From an uncultured Acidobacteriota bacterium (GTDB lineage Bacteria; Acidobacteriota; Terriglobia; UBA7540): a stretch of 64,000 nucleotides of DNA. Within the stretch, counting starts at the first letter, position 1; every line of letters begins with the position of its first letter. Shown here piece after piece: positions 1 to 9,179 of the stretch. The notes below the pieces were generated by a model. The model did no database searches. It was not told where the DNA came from and saw only the letters and a program-made list of their open reading frames with translations. Location of the stretch: positions 1,504,001-1,568,000 of the forward strand of contig CAWDSK010000003.1 in the NCBI GenBank assembly GCA_963804995.1. The letters are read 5' to 3'. The position numbers and the translations under genes were made by a program.

Positions 1-158
1 GTGGCGCCCTCCACATGCACGTGAAAATCAACCAGAGGGAAGTCGAGACCGGTTGCGGCAGGCGGCGGCTCCTGCGCATGCAGTGGAGTGAACGAAAAGG
101 CAGAGACTGCGCCGGCGAATCCAAGAAAAGTGCGTCGTGAGATCGAAGAAGTGAGCAT
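1..158 (-). CDS. 5' part of a TAT-exported metal-dependent hydrolase (PHP/amidohydrolase-like); runs off the window start
   Basis: Manual translation MLTSSISRRTFLGFAGAVSAFSFTPLHAQEPPPAATGLDFPLVDFHVHVEGA shows an SRRxFL twin-arginine motif, AxA-like cleavage site and DxHxH metal motif. GGAGG RBS lies 9 nt upstream. Not in the ORF track. Confidence 0.7.
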   Translation of the reverse strand, partial: MLTSSISRRTFLGFAGAVSAFSFTPLHAQEPPPAATGLDFPLVDFHVHVEGA

Positions 159-613
159 CAATGCGGGCCTCCATATCGGATTTTCACCGCGCATGTTACT
201 ACGACTTGGGGGCGACAAGAACCCCCGTTTGAGTTTGGGCGCCCTGCCAGGCGATTGGGCCGGAGATCTGGGACATCGAGAAAAGGCGAGAGTTCGTTAA
301 TGGGACAGGCGGGGGGCCGGGGAACGCCAGTCTACGCGTGACTTGGTGGGACAGGTGTCCCATATGTTCTTCTCCCAGAGGCTCCGGGGGCGTTGTCCCA
401 CCAAATAACCAAGGTCCCGCCGAACCAGTTGTCCTTCGAGCGATCGGAACGACATAACCTCAGCCTCACCGCAGAAGCGCGCCACCTACGATGGAGGTCC
501 CTCATCTTTGCCAGCCCTTGAAGATGTTTAAAGATGAATCCGGGTGAGGTAGAATATATTCATCGCAGATTTAATCCAACTCATTCCTCCGGATTACTCA
601 TCACGAGGAAAGC

Positions 614-1447
614 ATGTTTGAGAGATACACCGAAAAGGCCCGAAGAGTAATCTTTTTCGCCCGCTACGAAGCCAGCCAATTTGGCAGCACTTATATTGAA
701 ACAGAACACCTGTTGCTGGGGATGGCCCGGGAAGACACAGCCATCGCCAAGCGTTTGTCGCGCCCTCCTTTCACCATCGAATTCATCCGCCAGCGCATCA
801 AAGAGCAAACCACCGCTCGGGGAAAAATTCCCACGTCTGTTGACCTGCCCTTAAGCGCTGGATGCAAGCGCGTTTTAAATTACGCTGCGGAAGAGGCCGA
901 TCGCCTCGGGGACAAGCACATCGGCACCAACCACCTGCTGCTCGGGTTGATAAGAGAAAGAGGGGGACTCGCCGCCAAGGTTCTGTCTGAGGCTGGGATT
1001 AACGCCTCTGAACTCCGCAGCGAAATTGGGAGGATGAGTGATTCCTCCTGGAAAGTCGCGCACCCCCAGCAAGCCAGGCATGAAGACTACGTGGAAATCC
1101 ATGGAGAGTTATGGGGCGCTGAATCGGTTCGCGAGCTGAGCGAATACTATCAGAAGTTTCATTGGGAAAATCGCCAGTGGGTCGCGCGCGATGCGTTGGT
1201 CTACCGCTCAAACTCAGATCTCTATCTCTATTCCGGGCAGGCGTATGACCCGGAAAAAGCCGACATCCTCAAGGGTGGGTGGATTGAAGACCACTGCGCG
1301 ATCTGTTGGTGGAGGCTTTTCGAGTCGGAGGAAACCGAGCACCGCTGGGGTTTCACCAACGGGCAGGATTGGCTATGCGTGGAATGCTACACAAGATTTA
1401 TCGAAAGTGACGCAGCGGACGGAGAAACCCTCGCTCCTGCTCCGTGA
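614..1447 (+). CDS. Clp N-terminal (Clp repeat) domain protein with C-terminal CxxC...CxxC domain and no AAA+ module
   Basis: MFERYTEKARRVIFFARYEA...TEHLLLG...HIGTNHLLLGL is a ClpC-type N-domain. The C-terminus has DHCAICWW and WLCVECY. No Walker motifs. GAGGA RBS. Confidence 0.85.
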   Translation: MFERYTEKARRVIFFARYEASQFGSTYIETEHLLLGMAREDTAIAKRLSRPPFTIEFIRQRIKEQTTARGKIPTSVDLPLSAGCKRVLNYAAEEADRLGDKHIGTNHLLLGLIRERGGLAAKVLSEAGINASELRSEIGRMSDSSWKVAHPQQARHEDYVEIHGELWGAESVRELSEYYQKFHWENRQWVARDALVYRSNSDLYLYSGQAYDPEKADILKGGWIEDHCAICWWRLFESEETEHRWGFTNGQDWLCVECYTRFIESDAADGETLAPAP

Positions 1448-1455
1448 TGCGACTT

Positions 1456-2568
1456 CTATTTCGCATGCGTCAATGCCAGCACGGCGTATGCCGTAGCGGC
1501 GTCGCTCATGAAGCGGCCGGTCTCAGGTGAGTTGGGCTTTTCCTTGTTCAACGAATATCCCATCCAACGGCCATCGCTCTTGTCCTGGTTCGACGCCAGC
1601 CAATCCAGGCCGCGTTTCATCCGGGGTTCGTTGCTTTTGACCCCTGCCTGTTGCAGGACGTAGGTGACGACCCCAGTGGCATAGCCGTCGCTCTTGGTCA
1701 CGAGGGGCGTGCCATCATGGCGCTTCCACCCACCCACAAAAGAAGAAAGACTGAAACCACCGTCTGACTGTTGCTTGCTAAGCGCTTCCTGGATGATGGC
1801 CTGCTTTTGCGAATGGGTCAGAAGATGGGGCACCTTCGTCGACGCCCAGAGCAGAATCAAGCGATTAATCAAGATCTGCGAATCGCGCTCCTTCACCAGG
1901 TATTCGCGCAGCAACGTCATGCCCTCGCGAATTTGTGGGGATGAACGATAATTTCCGGGTGCGGTCCCCACGACCAGGGCGGCGAGCGCGGCTCCGAAAT
2001 ATTGCGAATCACCCTCCCAGGGCGAGTTGTGAAACTGCAGCCAGGACCATGCGCCCCGCGCCTCGCCCGCTTTCAGTTGGAGCGCCCACATGTTGTCAAG
2101 CGCCAGGCGAGCGTCCGCACTCAGCTTGCCGGTTGGCGCGTCATAACCCACCAGAACCACAGCGTTCAGAACGGACTCGGTTCCGCGCGATTCCGCCGTC
2201 TTGGGGACGCCTCTTTTCTCGTCGGGATAAAATGGCTCGACTTCATTCCACAGCCGGACGCGTTTCGTAACGCTGGCGAGAAGCCTTTGTTCCTGGGGCG
2301 AGGGAGCTTGCTCAGCAAGCGCCGATCGAAGGGAGGGTCGGGCCATGGCGTAAGGCAACACGGTATGGCAGGATACACAGAAGGTTTCATGGTCGCGGGC
2401 GGCGGTGGGCCAGCTCACCCACCAGTCTTCCCGCCCATCGAGGTAGGCGGCGGCCGCCTTGGGGCTCCAGGAGGGAGAGTTCACGGTTGACGGGGGACCA
2501 TCAGCCGCGAATAGAAAAGCAGCAAGAAATGCGGCCAGCATGCAGGTCGCAAGTGTAACTGTCTTCAT
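1456..2568 (-). CDS. Secreted prenyltransferase/squalene-hopene-cyclase-like alpha/alpha-barrel protein
   Basis: Signal peptide, CVSCHT motif, QW-like repeats (QQSDGGF, NQDKSDGRW), SDGYATG and C-terminal AYAVLAL. Confidence 0.65.
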   Translation of the reverse strand: MKTVTLATCMLAAFLAAFLFAADGPPSTVNSPSWSPKAAAAYLDGREDWWVSWPTAARDHETFCVSCHTVLPYAMARPSLRSALAEQAPSPQEQRLLASVTKRVRLWNEVEPFYPDEKRGVPKTAESRGTESVLNAVVLVGYDAPTGKLSADARLALDNMWALQLKAGEARGAWSWLQFHNSPWEGDSQYFGAALAALVVGTAPGNYRSSPQIREGMTLLREYLVKERDSQILINRLILLWASTKVPHLLTHSQKQAIIQEALSKQQSDGGFSLSSFVGGWKRHDGTPLVTKSDGYATGVVTYVLQQAGVKSNEPRMKRGLDWLASNQDKSDGRWMGYSLNKEKPNSPETGRFMSDAATAYAVLALTHAK

Positions 2569-2795
2569 TAAAACTCACCTCCGTCACACGTTACCAAGTG
2601 GCTCAAAACCAAGGTAGTGCCAGCCGGGTTCACCTATCCCCTGTTCCAGATCGCAAAGGACGGCGTACGCCCAAACGCCCCATCAATAGCTTAGTGGAAC
2701 CCAGTGCCCCGCAAAACAACCCCAACCCCTTCCCGTCGAAGGGAGCCTTCCCGAGTATAGCGCCTCGGAGCTTGGTTCACAATTCCGAAGTCGAA

Positions 2796-2885
2796 GGTAG
2801 TGACGCATTTTGAAGTGCCACGGCCATCTTGGCCGTGACCCGACACGGGCGGGACGCCCGTGGCACTTCAAAATGCGTCACTACC
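2796..2885. mobile_element. MITE 1 (90 bp), IS1/IS1595-like ends, 8-bp target site duplication
   Basis: Perfect 28-bp inverted repeats GGTAGTGACGCATTTTGAAGTGCCACGG; direct repeat AAGTCGAA at 2788-2795 and 2886-2893. Confidence 0.85.
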
Positions 2886-2900
2886 AAGTCGAACATTGAC

Positions 2901-2929
2901 TTGACGCGGGTGCGAAGGGCTTGGATAAT
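2901..2929 (+). promoter_or_regulatory. Putative sigma70 promoter of ggt
   Basis: TTGACG-N17-GATAAT about 50 nt upstream of the ggt ATG. Confidence 0.55.
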
Positions 2930-2978
2930 TACCCAGCCTCATGGGGGGCAAACATTATTCAATTCGAGGGAGGTTCGT

Positions 2979-4794
2979 ATGGCAGCACCACGGGGAGCCC
3001 TGGGCGTCTGCTGGTTGGTCGTCTCGTTAGGGCTTGCGCCCCTGGCCTTGGCACAGGAAGTTACCACGCAGACCATGCGCCCGGTGATTCGGGGACGACA
3101 GGCCGCGGTATCATCCATGAAAGCCGAGGCCACCGAAGCGGCCCGCCGCATATTGGCAGAAGGCGGGAACGCTTTTGACGCGATTGTGGGGGGCCAAGCG
3201 GCGCTGGCGGTGACGGACTTCCCCAGCAATGGTGTGGGCAGCGACGCGGTTGTGCTTGTCTACGTGGCGCGGGAGAAGAAGGTGATATCCATCAATGCCG
3301 AGCCGCGCGCTCCGAAACTCGCCACCATCGAGTGGTATGAAAAAAATAACGGCGGCAAAATTCCTGAGAGCGATGGCTTGCTCTCCGGCGGGATTCCGGG
3401 GGTCGTCGACGCATGGTACATCCTATTGGACCGCTGGGGCACGATGAGCTTCGAGCAAGTTCTCCAGCCCGCCATCGAGCTGGCGGAAAACGGATTTCCC
3501 TTGAGCGAGGTTCGCGCCCACGCTATCGCCAATACCGAGAAGATTCGCAAGTACCCTTCTACCGTGAGAATTTATCTTCCCAACGGCCAGGCCCCGAAGG
3601 CCGGTGAGATTTTCAGAAATCCCGACCTCGCCCAAACCATGAAAAAGCTGGTCGAAGCCGAAAAGGCGAACCGCGTGAAAGGCCGCCACGCGGCGCTCGA
3701 GGCAGCACGCAACCGTTTCTACAAAGGCGATATCGCCCGTGAGATGGCGGCCTTTTCGGAAGCCAATGGGGGTCTGTTCCGTTATGACGATTTCGCGGCA
3801 TACACCGCGGAGGTCGAGAACCCCGTCTCGACCGATTACCGCGGCTACCAGGTATACAAGAACCCTTCCGCCACCCAGGGACCGACCGAACTTTTCGCCC
3901 TCAATATCCTTGAGGGCTTCGACCTGAAAGCGATGGGCCTTAACAGCATCGATTTTATTCATACCAACGTTGAGGCCATGAAGCTGGCGATGGCTGATCG
4001 CGAGAAGTATCTGGGTGACATGGACTACATCAAGATTCCTTACGACGGGCTGCTGTCAAAAGATTACGCGCGCGAACGCCGAAAGTTGATCGACCCGGCC
4101 AAAGCTTCGCTCGAATTGCGGCCGGGGTCGCCGGAGAAGTTCACGAGCGGCACGCCTCCGTCGGACCGGCATGTGCAAGTGGTTCTGGAGGGCAACGCGG
4201 ACCACACCGGCGACACCAGTTACATAGGCATCGTGGATAAAGATCGCAACATGGTGAGCTTTGAGCCGAGCCTCCACAGCGGCTTCGGAACCGGGGTCGT
4301 GATGGGCAACACCGGTATCATCTTCAACTGCCGCGGTGACTACTACTCCCTCGTGCGGGGCGAAGCGAACGCGCTCGAAGCCGGGCAAACGGCCGCGCAG
4401 CACGCTGCAAAGCACGCTGGTTATGAAAGATGGGGAGCCTTTCGCGATCCTGGGAAGCCCCGGCGGCGACGATCAGGTGATGCGCACCATCCAGACGCTC
4501 ATTAACGTGGTCGACTTCGGCATGAACATTCAGCAAGCCATTGAGGCGCCGCGCTGGACAACCAGCAGTTTTCCGGCATCGCCGTTCCCGCACACTATGT
4601 ATCCTGGCGCCATGGCCGTCGAGGCGCGAATCCCGGAGGCCACACGAAATGCGCTTATTGACCGTGGACACAAACTGCAGGTGGCGGGGCCGTGGTCGCT
4701 AGGGTCGAACGCCGGTATCATCGTCAATATGAAGACAGGCGTGCTGAGCGCCGGCGCCGATCCGCGTGTCGAGGCGTATGCCTGGGCGTGGTGA
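2979..4794 (+). CDS. ggt: Gamma-glutamyltransferase family protein with +1 frameshift near 4378-4380 (probably a sequencing error)
   Basis: GGNAFDA, catalytic-Thr region GDTSYIGIVDKD, HSGFGTGV. Continues in the second frame as PGKRPRSTL...GSPGGD...APRW...ADPR. GGAGG RBS before ATG 2979. Confidence 0.9.
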
Positions 4795-4801
4795 AGCGAG
4801 C

Positions 4802-4999
4802 GTAGCGCGGACCTCCGCTTTTGAGGTCCGCGGCTCTTCCTGCGAAAAACCGCAGATCTCAACCATGGGGCCTGCCCTGAGATTCGGTGGCATGAATCTG
4901 ATGAAGAACCGCAGATCTCAACCATGGGGCCTGCCCTGAGATTCGGTGGCATGAATCTGATGAAGAACCGCAGACCTCAAAAGCGGAGGTCTGCGCTAC
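4802..4999. repeat. REP family A inverted doublet with internal 59-bp tandem duplication
   Basis: GTAGCGCGGACCTCCGCTTTTGAGGTCCGCGGCTCTTC (4802-4839) and inverted copy (4962-4999); identical 59-bp unit at 4848 and 4907. Confidence 0.85.
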
Positions 5000-5157
5000 G
5001 GTTGCTCATGGGCGGAGTATTTTGCGTCAAACTGCGACACTATCCGCCGGCCTTTTGCCTTCCCATCTTTTCTCAAATCAACTAGCATTATCAGTTTCGA
5101 CTCGCGTGCTGGATTGCTCCTGCGCGAAAGCCTCAATGTATGGTGCCAGGTTTCGAT

Positions 5158-6645
5158 ATGACCTCCTCCCCCGTCCGTGTCCGCTTTGCGCCTTCGCCCA
5201 CCGGTTACCTGCACGTGGGCGGCGCGCGCACTGCACTTTATAACTGGCTTTTTGCGCGTCACGTGGGCGGTGTGTTGATCCTCCGCATCGAAGACACGGA
5301 CGTAGACCGTTCTAAACCCGAGCTCACCACGGCCATTCTGGAAAGCCTGGAGTGGCTCGGGCTCACTTGGGATGAAGGGCCCGTTTATCAATCGGAGCGC
5401 CTGACCCGTTACCGCGAGATGGCCGCCAACCTCGAGGGACTGGGTCACGCCTACCGTTGTTTCTGCACCCCGGAGGAACTTCAGGCCAAGCGCGCGCTGG
5501 CCGAAGCCGAACGCCGTGCCTGGAAATACGATGGCACGTGCCGCTCGCTCTCCCCAGTAGAGAGTGAGCGGCGGCGCAGTGAGGGCCGCCCCGCAGCGGT
5601 TCGCTTCCGGGTGCCGACAACGGGCCAGACGAGTTTCCATGACCAGGTCTTCGGGCACATCGAAATTGAGAATCACGACCTCGAGGATTTCGTCCTGCTG
5701 CGTTCTGACGGCCACCCCACGTATCACCTCGGGGTTGTAGCGGATGACCTCAACTTGCGCATCACCCATGTGGTTCGGGGCGCCGACCACATTTCGAACA
5801 CGCCGAAACAAATCCTTATGTATCAGGCGCTGGAAGCGCCGGTACCGGTCTTCGCCCACCTGCCGCTGATTCTCGGGCCCGATAAACAGCGGCTCTCGAA
5901 GCGGCATGGCGCAACGTCGGTAGGGGCCTATCGCGAACAAGGCATTTTGCCGGAAGCACTGGTCAATTTCCTGGCGCTGCTCGGGTGGACACCCCCCGGC
6001 CAGAGAGAGATTGTCACGCTAGAAGAAATGATTCGCGATTTCGAGCTGACTGCGGTTTCGAAATCGAACGCCGTCTTCGATCTCGAAAAATTGGCATGGA
6101 TGAACAGCGAGTACGTGCGCCACCTTTCGGCAGAACGGCTGTTCCCCGTGGTCGAGCACGAACTCCGCAGCGCGGGGCTGTGGCGCGACGCCTTCACGGG
6201 TGAAGAACGAGAACGCTTTGAGAGTTCCGCCCGCTTACTGCAAACCCGCGCCCGCAGTGTGCGAGACTTTTCCCAATCCGGCGGTGCGTTCTTCACGGAC
6301 GAGTTTGCTTACGACCCTGATGCGGAGAAGAAGTTTTGGAAGGATGCGGCGTTACCCGTGTTGCTTAAGGAGCTAGCGGAGCGTCTGGCTAAGACCCAAC
6401 CGTTTGACCTCGCGTCAACGGAGCAGGCTTTGCGGGGGCTGGCAGAGGAGAAAGGCGTGAAGGCAGGATTGTTAATCAACGCCACGCGCGTGGCGCTGAC
6501 CGGTCAGGCGGTGGCGCCCGGATTGTTTGAGGTGATGGTGGTGCTGGGGCCGGAGCGCGTCACAGCCCGCCTCCGCCGCGCCGCGACGCATTTGCGGGCT
6601 GGCAGTTCAAGAGCAGAGGCCAATCCTGAATCGCCTTCGAGCTAG
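5158..6645 (+). CDS. gltX: Glutamate--tRNA ligase
   Basis: RVRFAPSPTGYLHVGG (HIGH), LRIEDTD, RGADH, RLSKRHG (KMSKS-like), anticodon-binding domain. Confidence 0.97.
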   Translation: MTSSPVRVRFAPSPTGYLHVGGARTALYNWLFARHVGGVLILRIEDTDVDRSKPELTTAILESLEWLGLTWDEGPVYQSERLTRYREMAANLEGLGHAYRCFCTPEELQAKRALAEAERRAWKYDGTCRSLSPVESERRRSEGRPAAVRFRVPTTGQTSFHDQVFGHIEIENHDLEDFVLLRSDGHPTYHLGVVADDLNLRITHVVRGADHISNTPKQILMYQALEAPVPVFAHLPLILGPDKQRLSKRHGATSVGAYREQGILPEALVNFLALLGWTPPGQREIVTLEEMIRDFELTAVSKSNAVFDLEKLAWMNSEYVRHLSAERLFPVVEHELRSAGLWRDAFTGEERERFESSARLLQTRARSVRDFSQSGGAFFTDEFAYDPDAEKKFWKDAALPVLLKELAERLAKTQPFDLASTEQALRGLAEEKGVKAGLLINATRVALTGQAVAPGLFEVMVVLGPERVTARLRRAATHLRAGSSRAEANPESPSS

Positions 6646-6852
6646 TGTGGTGTCACGGTTAATATTTGACAAGGCTGTCCAACCCCCTCACCCCCCAGCC
6701 CCTCTCCCCCAAAGGGGCGAGGGGAGAGTTAATTCTCTTGCCCTCGCCCCCTTTGGGGGAGAGGGTGGCTGGTCGAGGCGTTCTCATCAGCCGAGGCCAG
6801 ACGGGTGAGGGGGTTCTACCCATTGTCAACTCTAACTCGGGACACCACACTA
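6643..6852. mobile_element. IS630-like MITE inserted at CTAG (TA duplication), carrying a CCCTCACCC/CCTCTCCC-type hairpin doublet (family B)
   Basis: Ends TAGTGTGGTGTC...GACACCACACTA; internal inverted CCCCTCACCC...CCTCTCCCC units at about 6683-6812. Confidence 0.65.
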
Positions 6853-6993
6853 GGAACCCTTGGCCTCGCCCATCTTTTTCCGCAGCGCTTGGTAAGTTTC
6901 CACGGCCACAATCGCTGCGGCAAGCACGGCGCCTACGGTCGTCAGCACTTCCGTGGTATTTTTCAAAACCCTCAGTAGCTTCCACACGGTCAT
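6850..6993 (-). CDS. Small 47-aa single-pass membrane protein
   Basis: MTVWKLLRVLKNTTEVLTTVGAVLAAAIVAVETYQALRKKMGEAKGS; GGAGGG RBS; ATG overlaps the upstream TGA (ATGA). Confidence 0.55.
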   Translation of the reverse strand: MTVWKLLRVLKNTTEVLTTVGAVLAAAIVAVETYQALRKKMGEAKGS

Positions 6994-7220
6994 AGCCCTC
7001 CCAGGGGCAGCCACACCTCGCCCGGCAAGTCTTCATTATACCGTTCCAGGCCCATAAATGTCGCGCGCACGGCCAGGACGGGCGCAATCGCGCGAAGGTC
7101 GTCGAGCAACTGCGCGGGCCCCACGTCACCGGCGTGCAGGATTTCGTCCACGCCATCGAAAAGTGACGAAAGAGCTGGGTCAAGGTACCCGTGTGTGTCT
7201 GAGACTACTCCAATTTTCAT
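6990..7220 (-). pseudogene. Truncated YfcE/MJ0936-type metallophosphoesterase
   Basis: MKIGVVSDTHG and HAGDVG are present. The expected AVRGNxD motif is replaced by AVRATF and the ORF stops at about 76 aa. Confidence 0.7.
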
Positions 7221-7266
7221 AGAAGCCAAGAGTCAGAAGTCAGAAGCCAGTATAGGAACGCCATTC

Positions 7267-7710
7267 TTACTTCTGGCTCCCGGCTTCTGACTCCTGACTT
7301 CCGCCTCTTGACTCCTCCGCGACGATCTTTTCCACCAAGCCCTTGCAGAGGGGACAAGCCGCATGGCTAATCCGGCAGGCGGCGATACTCAGATTGCAAC
7401 CGCATGGGCAGGGCTCCATGTTCAAACGGAAAAGAATATGGTTTCGTTGCTGGTTGGAGAACGACTTCAAATCGACACCGGGAGCCTCGGTCACATCGGA
7501 AGGAATAAAATCGGGGATGTTCTTCGGGCACTCATTGGGAGCCGGGCGGAGCGGGGCGGGTTCGATTTTCAATCGCGCTGGAGCCATCGCCCACACGAGC
7601 GCACCCAACAGCCCCAGGGTCAGCAACACGAGCACCCGCGAGCTTTGGGGTTTATTCTCACTCGGCACGGGGGGCGGAGTGCTACTCGAGTTGGGTTCGC
7701 TGGAAGACAT
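7267..7710 (-). CDS. Membrane-anchored protein with Cys-rich CxCGC-x6-CR-x5-C domain
   Basis: One hydrophobic segment, Pro-rich linker, then PGVDL...CPCGCNLSIAACRISHAAC; paralogous to the C-terminus of 8239-9153. Confidence 0.75.
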   Translation of the reverse strand: MSSSEPNSSSTPPPVPSENKPQSSRVLVLLTLGLLGALVWAMAPARLKIEPAPLRPAPNECPKNIPDFIPSDVTEAPGVDLKSFSNQQRNHILFRLNMEPCPCGCNLSIAACRISHAACPLCKGLVEKIVAEESRGGSQESEAGSQK

Positions 7711-8242
7711 CGGAGTTCACAGGCTTCACCGGCACATTGCGCGGAACAACTTTCACCGTCAGCGCCAGAGGGACACTCGCCGGCGGGAAGCAGGCATGAT
7801 CATTGCAAGCCTGGTAAGCCAGTTTTCCTTTCAGGTCATAGGATCCCGGCGCCACACCCTTCCCGACTTGCAGCAGCGCCCCCACCACCACCGTCCCCTC
7901 ATAGACAGAAAGCGAGATGTCGGAAAAAGCGAACTTTTTGAGCGATCCCTTGGGGTAGACGACGTTGGTCACAGTGATTTCTGAACTGGGATCGAGTTTG
8001 AGGTCGGTGGGAATCAGGTAGTTCAAGGAGGGCTTGTGGTCGTTGATGTGGTATCCGGGCGCGACCTCGGCCACCACAGCGATTTTCAATGGAGAGTTGG
8101 GATGGGCAGCGTCGGCCGCCAATACGGCATGTGCCTCTACTACCGGGTTGTTGTTTTGGGCCTGTCCAAGGCCCGCGGCCATCAGGGCAAGTAGCATGCT
8201 TCCAAAGAGCATCCGCATAGGCTGAGAATCTCGCTCCTTCAT
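7682..8242 (-). CDS. DsbD N-terminal (alpha) domain protein, secreted
   Basis: Signal peptide, PGYHIN, VYEG and YQACNDHACFPP motifs typical of DsbD-N domains. Confidence 0.85.
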   Translation of the reverse strand: MKERDSQPMRMLFGSMLLALMAAGLGQAQNNNPVVEAHAVLAADAAHPNSPLKIAVVAEVAPGYHINDHKPSLNYLIPTDLKLDPSSEITVTNVVYPKGSLKKFAFSDISLSVYEGTVVVGALLQVGKGVAPGSYDLKGKLAYQACNDHACFPPASVPLALTVKVVPRNVPVKPVNSDVFQRTQLE

Positions 8243-9153
8243 GATTTTTTATTCTTCAGGAACGTTTCCAGTTGGTCCTTTGCCAGCTTCAGGCTGATGC
8301 CACACTTGCGGTCAACCTGCCGGCATTTGAGCAAAGTAAAGTTGCAACCACAAGTACAGTTCTGGCCCGCCAATTGTTTTTTGAACGCTTCCCTCTGGTC
8401 CGCATTCAGCTTCGAAAGATCGATGCCTGGGATCTCCGAATCGACCACGGACGGGTCGCCCAATTCGATCTTGTCCTCCGCGTAAACCTGCCCGGCTTGA
8501 TGAAAGGTCGTCGCCCCTCCACCCGGACTCATGGCCAGCAACTGCTTGATCTCCGCCTCGAAAACGTCATAGCCGGATGCGCCAACGTGCTTCGCATAAA
8601 TCCGCCCGTCGCGCCCGATCAGGAAAGTCGTGGGCAGGCCCAGCACTCCGCCGTAAAGCTCTCCCAGACGGTCGTTGCCCACGGCCACGGGGTAATTCAT
8701 TTGAAATTGCTTGTAGAAATCGACAACGGGCTCAGCGCTGTCGTCCATCGAGATTCCAATCACGGCAAAGCCTTGCGCCCCATAGCGCTTTTGTAGTTCA
8801 ACGAATCCCGGGATTTCGATCCGGCACGGGCCGCACCAGGTCGCCCAGAAATCAAGCATTACGACTTTCCCTTGGTAATCGCTCAGTTTCAGTGGCTTGC
8901 CCGTGATGTCGGTCAGTGAAAAAGCCGGGGCCATGGGGTGGTCGCTGCTGCCTTTCGACTGCGCCCGGACGGCGGGCGAAATCCAGTAGCGATTCACGAA
9001 ATACAGGCCCACAACCAGCAGCACAGCCAGCAGGGCGCCCACCAGCAACTTCCACTGCTTCCCCGCTTTCGGTTCCTGCGGCAGATTCTCTGTCGCTGGG
9101 GGTGGATTGTCCACTGATTGCGGCGAATTCTCCACCGCCTTCGGTTCTTCCAT
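8239..9153 (-). CDS. TlpA/ResA-type thiol-disulfide oxidoreductase with extra C-terminal Cys-rich domain
   Basis: Membrane anchor, FWATWCGPC, GLPTTFLIGRDG; C-terminal CTCGCNFTLLKCRQVDRKC. Confidence 0.9.
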   Translation of the reverse strand: MEEPKAVENSPQSVDNPPPATENLPQEPKAGKQWKLLVGALLAVLLVVGLYFVNRYWISPAVRAQSKGSSDHPMAPAFSLTDITGKPLKLSDYQGKVVMLDFWATWCGPCRIEIPGFVELQKRYGAQGFAVIGISMDDSAEPVVDFYKQFQMNYPVAVGNDRLGELYGGVLGLPTTFLIGRDGRIYAKHVGASGYDVFEAEIKQLLAMSPGGGATTFHQAGQVYAEDKIELGDPSVVDSEIPGIDLSKLNADQREAFKKQLAGQNCTCGCNFTLLKCRQVDRKCGISLKLAKDQLETFLKNKKS

Positions 9154-9179
9154 GGCCTACACCTCACAATCTTACCATT

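Noticed and set aside
2570..2790. Possible ncRNA or riboswitch upstream of the cyclase-like gene
   Set aside because: Only short hairpins and a TATACT hexamer are visible and no family is recognisable; an Rfam scan would be needed
4848..4975. Possible CRISPR array
   Set aside because: The units are identical and contiguous with no unique spacers, and no cas genes are present
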